Source of the DNA: a bacterium | GTDB lineage: Bacteria > Patescibacteriota > Saccharimonadia > UBA4664 > JBBRNT01 | DNA: 64,000 bases | Direction: 5' to 3' | Assembly (NCBI GenBank): GCA_043767845.1 | Contig: JAYUFZ010000018.1 | Location: 3,312-67,311, forward strand | Part shown: positions 8,700 to 16,272 of the stretch, piece by piece | Layout of the letters: each line of letters opens with the position of its first letter | How positions within the stretch are numbered: position 1 is the first letter of the stretch | Position numbers and translations under genes: made by a program | Notes under the pieces: generated by a model | Told to the model about the DNA's origin: nothing | The model's database searches: none | What the model saw: only the letters and a program-made list of their open reading frames with translations

Positions 8700-11600
8700 A
8701 TGAGAAGAGGTGTAGCAAAGGCTTGGTTAGCGGCATTGGGGCTGTCGCTAGTTTTGCCATTCCTGATTTCTGAAGGCGCTCTGGCCGCCCCACTTAGAAA
8801 AGGTGTTTGGCAAAATGATTCTGCCATTCTTTTTGATGCAAAAACCTTCATCAACAAAACTGGCGACGGGTCTGGCTCTTTTGTGTATGCCAAAGATAGT
8901 AAAGGTGTCGATATTCCTACATCCGACAATAATAATATTTATTGTGTTAAGGATGGAGATAAGATATTTGTGCAACTGGGACAAACTTACAGCGACTTTA
9001 GTACAAATTACGGCATCCCATTCTATGTAATTCGCGATATAAACGATGCTCATGATCGAGCCAACTATGATGTATATGCAAGACTTCTCGTCAATAATAA
9101 CGGTGCAGTATTAACACAGACTCAGTTTAATAGTAAAAAAGGTAGTGAGTCAGTACCAATCAGCTATTATATCCAGTGTCGCAAGACTCAAGCTGAAGAG
9201 CCTATTGAGCTTACAAATGCCTCTGTATCAACTGACGCGTATGCCTGGAAATGGAAAAACGAAATTGATTCCACGAATGGTAAGAAGGCTTGGATATTAA
9301 ATAGCACTGATCCCAAATTCCCTGTAGGCTCCTACGTTTGGCAGGCGGATACAAACCATGATGGCTGCAAAGAATATATCGTACCTAGTGCCGATGGTAC
9401 TAAAGGCAAAAGATATCATGGCGGAGGAAACTCAGCTGGAACTCCACCGCACTGTATCTACGACGATCCGCCAGAAGATATTACTATTGCTAACGCTACC
9501 CATAAAGACGATACGACGGATCCCGGTACCTCCCCTGGTAATCCAGTAAATCCAGGCGGATCAGGCAAGGCTAGTTGTGATGCTGGCGTCCTCGGATGGT
9601 TCTTGTGTCCAGTAATTCGCATGGCCGTGAACCTCTATCAGATTTTGAGCGACCAAGTCATCAAACTACTCGATCTAGGGTCTCTTGAAAGTGGTAGCAA
9701 TGTATTTCTTATATGGCAGAATATGCGCAATTTGGCCAATGTGCTCTTTGTATTAATCTTCCTGATTATCATATTCTCGAACACTCTCTCAATAGGTATT
9801 GATAATTACACCTTTAAAAAGATGCTCCCACGCCTCGTTGCCGCAGCGGTTCTTGTTCAGTTTTCCTGGGTAATCATGACCCTACTATTTGATATCACAG
9901 CGGCAGTTGGAGCGGGGATCGGTGACCTTATTAGTCTGGCAGTAGGTAGCGGTGTACCGAGTGCAGGTAGTACACCTAAAGGCTTTGCGCTAGTCGGAAC
10001 GGCCTTCGGGTTGCTTGGCATTGGCGGGGGGGCGATCGCTGCCATTGTACTTTTTCCTGAGCTCCTGATCCTAGCGCTTCTCTTTACAGTTGGGGCCCTC
10101 TTCGGAATCATGGCAGTATTCTTTACCATTACGATACGTTCTTTCTTGCTTTCCATACTAGTGGCAATTGCGCCGCTAGCTTTTGTGGCTTGGATCCTAC
10201 CAAATACCGAGAGCTACTTTAAAACCTGGTGGAAGACACTTATTCGACTGCTGCTCATGTATCCAATTATCAAGGCGATGTTCGCCTTCGCCGAGGTAGG
10301 CGGCCTACTTACGGTAGGATCAAATTTCTCTAATTTGCATAATGGGCTCGATAAGGCGATGGCGGGCGTTATGGCCGCCCTTTTGCCAATTGTAGCCTTC
10401 TACGCTACCACAAAAGTCTTTACCTGGGCGGGCGGTGCGATGTCGCTGTTTAGCAATGCAGTCAACAAGCGGGCTAGATCGGCCCAAGCGCGCATCGCTA
10501 AGTCCAACGTGCGACGAGACGCAAAAGTCGGGCTTACGAATCGGGTTGCAAACTTCAAAGCTGGTGGTGGGCTTAAGGTGCCACTAAGTTCTAGTCCTAT
10601 CCTAAACAGTGACTCCAGGCTGGGTAGGGCCGCAGCTGGGGCTGCGCGTATAGCTACCCTGACTTCCAAGAATAATGCTACAAGAGGTCGTAATACTGCT
10701 GCAAAGGCAGCTGGGGAAGCAATGGCACTTGAAGGCTGGACGGCGGATGATTATAAAATGCAGATGGGCCAAAAAACTTACTACGACAGCCAGACCGCCG
10801 ATCTCAAAAAGAAAGTCCAATCAGGTGAACTCACGCAGGCAGAGGCAGATCTTAAGCAGTCTAAGCTAAAAGCCAGTCGAGACCGTACCGAGAAGTATTG
10901 GGGAAGTAGTTCGAGGTCTCTTGCTGCTCAACAAAACCTCACTTCAAATGGCTTAGTCGACGACAGTACCCGACAAAACATTATTGACCGGTTCGGCAAG
11001 GACCAGTTTGCCCAGCAACTTTGGACTAATTCAGCAGCTACTGCACGAAACTCTAATCCCCAGCTTATGTTTACAAGCCTGGAGAGCGATGCAGCAGGCA
11101 AGCCGGTAATTGATCGAGCAGGGCTTAAGAGTCATCTGGCTAAGCAGAATCAAGCCACCTGGGCAAGCTTCAGTGAACCGGCTATTCAATCTATGGCCGA
11201 TAACGGTATCCTTGACGAATTCGCCAATGCCAGTAGCTCGAATGCCGAGCTTCTCCTTTCACTTCGATCAAACGAAGGCGGCCCTAGTATTGGTGCTGCT
11301 CAGCAAGCAATTATTGCCGGGGCAGGCACGCACAAAGACGACGCCGGCGTAATTCACAACCCTGGGTCCGTCAACAGGGCGATTGATGCAGTAGCTGCGT
11401 CCAGGGCAGCTGCACGGGCCACTGTAGGGACACCGGCAGGTTCAACAACAACTACCACAACAACTGCCGGCGGTGTTAGTGGCTCAGCGGCCAGCGCGTG
11501 GGCTCCGCCAAGTGGCGGCCTACCAGTCGGCAGCACAGTCCCAAGTATAGGTGGCGTTACCCCAGTCGCGACTCCAGTACCGACCGCGAGCGGTAAGGTG

Positions 11601-12398
11601 GCTTCCGTTGGAGGCTCCAGTTCTGGCGGTGTACTTGGCGGCGTTCTTGGTAGCAGTGGATCTTCAGGCGGCGGCGGTTCATACAGTCCAGGAGTTACGG
11701 CCTCAGCCGTTAGCAGCACACCGGGAAACCCCGGTGCCAACCCAAATACTTCCCGGATTACCCCACCGAGCTCAGTTGGCTGGACACCGACAGCTAGTGG
11801 CTCAGGGCTAGTAATCCCACCGAGCTCCGGCGCCCCGGCACCTACCGTATCAGGCCCGTCAGCACCATCACCAGAAGAGTTAGCCGAACGTGTTGAGCGA
11901 AGCGTGTTCGACGCTACAGCTGCAGCAAGAAAGGCAGCCGATGCAGGAGCTGCAGCAGCAGCCGCTACTTCAACCCCAACGGGCGCATCATCTGGCACCA
12001 CCACAGACTATGCCCCCGGATCAGGCATAAGCAACCCGGATATCGACGTTAAGGTCGAAGCCCCGAGCTCAGCAACAGTCCTCCCCTCGACAGCAGGTGC
12101 AGTACCATTCAGCGCAGGAGCGCCAGCTAGTACAGGGAATAGCAGCGCAACTGGTAGCCCAGCAGCAGGCATGGCCAATCCAGCCCCAGCTCTAGCCACG
12201 CCACCATCAAGCAAGCCTGTCGCGGGTCCAACAAATATGCCCACCAGCGAACCAAACAGCGGCCCAGCAGCTGCAAGCCCGACCCTGGACATCAACTCCA
12301 CGGAGCTACCCAGCCGCCCCTCACTCGGTGAAATAATTAGACCGACCGTAGCCTCCCCAGATGAGACCCCTCCGGCCGATCCACCAACGACTCCATAG
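8700..12398 (+). CDS. VirB6/TrbL-like T4SS polytopic membrane protein (paralog 2), 1232 aa, with ~600-aa Ser/Thr/Pro/Ala/Gly-rich C-terminal tail
   Basis: Start moved to ATG 8700 (MRRGVAKAWLAALGLSLVLPFLISEGALA = signal peptide), downstream of the terminator. Conserved 'CDAGVLGWFLCPVIRMAVNLYQ...FLIWQNMRNLANVLFVLIFLIIIFSNTLS' plus TM bundle. The tail has TTTTTT, SSGSSGGGGS and AAAAAAT runs. Confidence 0.6.
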   Translation: MRRGVAKAWLAALGLSLVLPFLISEGALAAPLRKGVWQNDSAILFDAKTFINKTGDGSGSFVYAKDSKGVDIPTSDNNNIYCVKDGDKIFVQLGQTYSDFSTNYGIPFYVIRDINDAHDRANYDVYARLLVNNNGAVLTQTQFNSKKGSESVPISYYIQCRKTQAEEPIELTNASVSTDAYAWKWKNEIDSTNGKKAWILNSTDPKFPVGSYVWQADTNHDGCKEYIVPSADGTKGKRYHGGGNSAGTPPHCIYDDPPEDITIANATHKDDTTDPGTSPGNPVNPGGSGKASCDAGVLGWFLCPVIRMAVNLYQILSDQVIKLLDLGSLESGSNVFLIWQNMRNLANVLFVLIFLIIIFSNTLSIGIDNYTFKKMLPRLVAAAVLVQFSWVIMTLLFDITAAVGAGIGDLISLAVGSGVPSAGSTPKGFALVGTAFGLLGIGGGAIAAIVLFPELLILALLFTVGALFGIMAVFFTITIRSFLLSILVAIAPLAFVAWILPNTESYFKTWWKTLIRLLLMYPIIKAMFAFAEVGGLLTVGSNFSNLHNGLDKAMAGVMAALLPIVAFYATTKVFTWAGGAMSLFSNAVNKRARSAQARIAKSNVRRDAKVGLTNRVANFKAGGGLKVPLSSSPILNSDSRLGRAAAGAARIATLTSKNNATRGRNTAAKAAGEAMALEGWTADDYKMQMGQKTYYDSQTADLKKKVQSGELTQAEADLKQSKLKASRDRTEKYWGSSSRSLAAQQNLTSNGLVDDSTRQNIIDRFGKDQFAQQLWTNSAATARNSNPQLMFTSLESDAAGKPVIDRAGLKSHLAKQNQATWASFSEPAIQSMADNGILDEFANASSSNAELLLSLRSNEGGPSIGAAQQAIIAGAGTHKDDAGVIHNPGSVNRAIDAVAASRAAARATVGTPAGSTTTTTTTAGGVSGSAASAWAPPSGGLPVGSTVPSIGGVTPVATPVPTASGKVASVGGSSSGGVLGGVLGSSGSSGGGGSYSPGVTASAVSSTPGNPGANPNTSRITPPSSVGWTPTASGSGLVIPPSSGAPAPTVSGPSAPSPEELAERVERSVFDATAAARKAADAGAAAAAATSTPTGASSGTTTDYAPGSGISNPDIDVKVEAPSSATVLPSTAGAVPFSAGAPASTGNSSATGSPAAGMANPAPALATPPSSKPVAGPTNMPTSEPNSGPAAASPTLDINSTELPSRPSLGEIIRPTVASPDETPPADPPTTP

Positions 12399-12534
12399 TC
12401 CCGACAATACGGCAACTAGTCAGCACCCCAGCTAATGTATTACAATGATCAATTGCGGATGAGCAGCCAGAGAAGCAATCATGGTTCGTAATTAGGATTC
12501 ATGATTCATCCTGCTTAAGCTATAATGGAGACAT

Positions 12535-13356
12535 ATGGGCCAGTACAAAGTCCCACAAAACGTTGAGGCGGAAGACAAGATCCTTGGGCCACTGACGCTC
12601 AAGCAGTTTATCTATGCCATCATTGCCGTCGGGGTGGCTGTCGTGACTTACCTCATCGGCAAGTACCTGCCATTCGTCTACATTGCCGGTGTTCCGCCAG
12701 CCCTGCTCTTTGCCCTGCTAGCCACTCCCCGAGGCGATAAGCAGCCCTTCGAGGCCCTCTTCCTGGCCCTGGTCAGCTTCACGGTCAAGCCGCGCAAGCG
12801 CGTATGGCTCAAAGACCCAATCGCCGAAGTCTTCATGATCGAAGCCCCCAAGCCAGTGGAGGAGGCCCCTGCCGTCGATTCCCGCCAAGTCCACGGGCAA
12901 CTCGAGAAATTATCCCAGATCATCGATACTCGCGGCTGGGCGGCCAAGCAGCCTGACATCCAGGAGCCCGACTCCACGTACTTCGATAATCTCACTACCG
13001 ACGACCGCCTAGCCTCGGTGGAGTACGTAACGGTTGGCGACATTAATAGCGACATTAGTGTGGCCGACGACATTCTAGACTTCAAAAACAACCCGTCGGC
13101 CCAAAACCTCGATCAGCTCATCGAAGACAGCGTGGCCAACGTCCGCCTAGAGGCCATGCAGAAGATGCGCGAGCAAGCCAACCATCCAGCCCCAACAACT
13201 GGCGGCGGAGCAATGACCCCGCAAGCTTCTAATGCTATACTGAGACAAGCGATGAGTAGTTCGGAGTTAACGGTTAGCCAAGTTGCGGCTCAAGCCCAGC
13301 GCTACGGACGACTCGAAGAAGGTCAGAAAGTGGAGATATATAATGGCAGCAACTAA
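12535..13356 (+). CDS. PrgI/VirB3-like T4SS membrane protein with acidic C-terminal extension
   Basis: N-terminus 'KVPQNVEAEDKILGPLTLKQFIYAIIAVGVAVVTYLIG...' matches the PrgI-family signature (KIxGPLTxKQ + TM hairpin). TATAAT lies 9 nt before the ATG. Confidence 0.6.
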   Translation: MGQYKVPQNVEAEDKILGPLTLKQFIYAIIAVGVAVVTYLIGKYLPFVYIAGVPPALLFALLATPRGDKQPFEALFLALVSFTVKPRKRVWLKDPIAEVFMIEAPKPVEEAPAVDSRQVHGQLEKLSQIIDTRGWAAKQPDIQEPDSTYFDNLTTDDRLASVEYVTVGDINSDISVADDILDFKNNPSAQNLDQLIEDSVANVRLEAMQKMREQANHPAPTTGGGAMTPQASNAILRQAMSSSELTVSQVAAQAQRYGRLEEGQKVEIYNGSN

Positions 13357-14416
13357 TCAAAAGATTGCCAGCAATCCAAATAGTCAGCTGAAAAGCACGC
13401 AAAACAGCATGCTTATTTCAGAGATTAAGGATGGGATTGTGATACTCAAGGACGGCACTATGCGGGCCGTAGTGCTAGCAAGCGCCATCAACTTCGACTT
13501 GATGAGCCGCCAGGAACAAGACGCCGTCGAGTACAGCTACCAGGGCTTCCTGAACTCACTACATTTCCCAATCCAGATCGTCGTGCGCTCTCAGAAAATC
13601 GACCTCGACCGCTACATCGAGACACTTACCGAACTGCGCGCCAACCAAGGCAATGAGCTGCTCGGACTACTCATGGAAGATTATATTGCCAACATCAAGG
13701 CCCTCATCGACGAAGTAAACATTATGAATAAGCAGTTCTATGTGGTCGTGCCCTACGACCCACCAGTCATTACCAAAACTGGCTTTTTCGATAAGCTCGG
13801 CGGCATCGTGAAGGGGGCTGGCGTTACAGTGGTGAGCGAGCAGGACTTCGCCAACTATAAGACTGAGCTGTCGCAGCGGGTCGCACTGGTAGCCAGCGGA
13901 CTCAACCAGCTGGGCATCCGGGCCATCCCGCTCAATAGCCAAGAACTCATCGACCTCTACTACTCGACATACAATCCCGACGTCGCCGCCAACCAAAAAC
14001 TCATCGACAGCAGCCAGCTGCAAACGCCTGTCGTTTTGCGTAGCGATCAGCCAACCAACACCAGCTACCGCCAAGCCCTGCCAGAAGCCGCTGCCGACTT
14101 TACTGTAGCCCCGGCTTCATCACCTATCGACAACCAGCCGGCAATGCAGATACCGACCCGCTCGGACATCCCGACCTCCAATATGCCAATGGTCGCCCCC
14201 GAAGAACCCCCGACGGCACCAATTACGCAGCCAGGCCCGCTCCCCGAGTACTACGCCCAGCCAGCCGCGCCCGTTCAAGCTCCTGTGGCGGGTGACCCGA
14301 ATGCCGTCATCGACAATCCCAACGCCTACGATCCTTTCATCATCCAGCAGAACCAGGCGGCCTTAGCCGCTGCCCAGGCAGTCGCACCAACTACCACTGA
14401 ACCAGGAGCACAGTAA
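13343..14416 (+). CDS. VirB4 N-terminal domain protein (separate ORF) with Pro-rich disordered C-terminus
   Basis: Start at ATG 13343 overlaps the upstream stop (ATGGCAGCAACTAA). 'IKDGIVILKDGTMRAVVLASAINFDLMSRQEQDAVEYSYQGFLNSLHFPIQIVVRSQKID' resembles the N-terminal region of Gram-positive VirB4/TraE-family ATPases. Tail is P/A/Q-rich. Confidence 0.5.
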   Translation: MAATNQKIASNPNSQLKSTQNSMLISEIKDGIVILKDGTMRAVVLASAINFDLMSRQEQDAVEYSYQGFLNSLHFPIQIVVRSQKIDLDRYIETLTELRANQGNELLGLLMEDYIANIKALIDEVNIMNKQFYVVVPYDPPVITKTGFFDKLGGIVKGAGVTVVSEQDFANYKTELSQRVALVASGLNQLGIRAIPLNSQELIDLYYSTYNPDVAANQKLIDSSQLQTPVVLRSDQPTNTSYRQALPEAAADFTVAPASSPIDNQPAMQIPTRSDIPTSNMPMVAPEEPPTAPITQPGPLPEYYAQPAAPVQAPVAGDPNAVIDNPNAYDPFIIQQNQAALAAAQAVAPTTTEPGAQ

Positions 14417-14418
14417 TC

Positions 14419-16269
14419 ATGGCCTTCGGAAAAAAAGTTGATCCAAACGCTCAGGCAGAGGCGGTAAAGCGCCAAGAACAGGCTGAAGCCGAGCAGATTT
14501 ACCGCCAGGGAATCGTCTCGCTGCGCGACCTGATTGCTCCGCCATCGCTGGAGATTGAGTCTGGCTATTTCCGCATCGGCAAGCGCTTTGCTCGGACAAT
14601 ATTCGTCTACGGCTACCCCCGCCAAATATTCACCGGCTGGATGTCACCGATCATAAATCTCGATGAAGTGCTGGACCTTAGCATTAATATTTATCCGGTC
14701 GAGTCAGCCGTCGTTTTAAATAACCTGAAGCGTAAGGTAGGCCAGCTAGAGGCCGATTTCACCATCAACCAGGAAAAGGGGAGAGTACGCGACCCCGGGC
14801 TTGAAGCCGCCATCCAGGACGCCGAGGAATTGCGCGACAAGCTCCAGGTCGGCGAGGAGCGCTTCTTCCGTTTCGGGCTATATGTCACGATGTACGCTGG
14901 CACGCTTGAGGAACTCAATCAAGTACAGCGCAAGATCGAAGGCATATTCGGCCAATCACTTATCTATACCAAGCCAGCTACCCTTCAAATGGAGCAGGGC
15001 TTTAATTCCAGCCTACCGCTCGGCGCCGACCAGCTCCAAGTGTCGAGAAATATGGATACTGGTTCGCTTTCGACAAGCTTCCCCTTCACCTCGGCCGAAC
15101 TCAGCCGCAATGAAGGCGTGCTCTACGGCCTCAACCGCCACAATAACGGTCTAGTGCTCTTCGACAGATTTAGCCTGGAAAATGCCAATATGGTTGTCTT
15201 CGCTAAATCCGGTGGTGGTAAATCCTTCGCCGTGAAGCTTGAAGCCGTACGCAGCCTGATGCTCGGCGTTGAGATATTGATTATCGATCCCGAGAACGAG
15301 TACCAGACGCTCTGCGACGCAGTTGGCGGTAGCTACCTTCGCCTCAGCCTAGCCTCGGCCACCCGCCTGAATCCCTTCGATCTGCCGCACGTACTCGATA
15401 GCGAGGATGCCGACAACGCTTTGCGCGCCAATATTATTACCCTCCATGGCCTTTTGCGACTGATGATGGGGGGTGCCCAAGCCCAAGCCATGGGTGCGGC
15501 TACCGGCGGCATGGTCTCGAGTGCCAATGCTCTCAGCCCAGCCGAGGACGCTGACCTCGACGTGGCCATCATAAATACCTACGCCCGCGCCGGGATTACC
15601 AATGACCCACTGACCCATGGCGCCACCCCACCAACCATGAACGATCTCTACAACACGCTAGTAAGTATGACTGGCAACGGTCCAGCCCTAGCCCAGCGTC
15701 TGCGTAAATACACCACGGGTACTTTTTCTGGAATCTTTAGCCAGCAGTCCAACGTCGATATCAATAATAAGTTTGTGGTCTTTAATATTCGTGACCTAGA
15801 AGACGAGCTCCGCCCAGTGGCTATGTACATTGTGCTCAACTACATTTGGAACCGGGTCAAAAGTGATAAGCGCAAACGTATTCTGATAGTCGACGAAGCC
15901 TGGCAGCTCATGAAGTACGATGACTCCGCCAACTTCATGTTCTCTATAGCCAAGCGCGCCCGTAAGTATTACCTCGGCCTCACTACTATTTCGCAAGATG
16001 TGGAAGATTTCTTAAGCTCCAGGCTTGGTAGGGCAGTGGTCTCCAACTCCTCACTTCAACTCTTGCTCAAGCAAGCGCCCTCTGCCGTCGACCTCATAGC
16101 CGATACCTTCAAGCTGACCGACGAGGAAAAGAAACGCCTTACCCAATTCCCGGTGGGCGAGGGCCTCTTCTTCGCGGGCCTCAACCATATTATTATTAGA
16201 ATACTGGCCTCACAAACTGAGTCGCAACTCATAAGCACGAACCCGCAACGAAGAGGGGACGGAGTATAG
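14419..16269 (+). CDS. virB4: VirB4/TraE-family T4SS ATPase (ATPase portion)
   Basis: Walker A 'VVFAKSGGGKSFAVK', Walker B 'ILIVDEAWQLM', and 'RTIFVYGYPRQIFTGWMSPI' typical of VirB4. Starts 2 nt after the previous stop, in a different frame. Confidence 0.8.
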   Translation: MAFGKKVDPNAQAEAVKRQEQAEAEQIYRQGIVSLRDLIAPPSLEIESGYFRIGKRFARTIFVYGYPRQIFTGWMSPIINLDEVLDLSINIYPVESAVVLNNLKRKVGQLEADFTINQEKGRVRDPGLEAAIQDAEELRDKLQVGEERFFRFGLYVTMYAGTLEELNQVQRKIEGIFGQSLIYTKPATLQMEQGFNSSLPLGADQLQVSRNMDTGSLSTSFPFTSAELSRNEGVLYGLNRHNNGLVLFDRFSLENANMVVFAKSGGGKSFAVKLEAVRSLMLGVEILIIDPENEYQTLCDAVGGSYLRLSLASATRLNPFDLPHVLDSEDADNALRANIITLHGLLRLMMGGAQAQAMGAATGGMVSSANALSPAEDADLDVAIINTYARAGITNDPLTHGATPPTMNDLYNTLVSMTGNGPALAQRLRKYTTGTFSGIFSQQSNVDINNKFVVFNIRDLEDELRPVAMYIVLNYIWNRVKSDKRKRILIVDEAWQLMKYDDSANFMFSIAKRARKYYLGLTTISQDVEDFLSSRLGRAVVSNSSLQLLLKQAPSAVDLIADTFKLTDEEKKRLTQFPVGEGLFFAGLNHIIIRILASQTESQLISTNPQRRGDGV

Positions 16270-16272
16270 ACC

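Noticed and set aside
11354-12415. Minus-strand ORFs 11354..12004 (216 aa) and 12008..12415 (135 aa) rich in P/A/G/V
   Set aside because: They lie antisense to the GC-rich low-complexity C-terminal tail of VirB6-like paralog 2. The open frames are a by-product of the biased codon composition; no start context or motifs.
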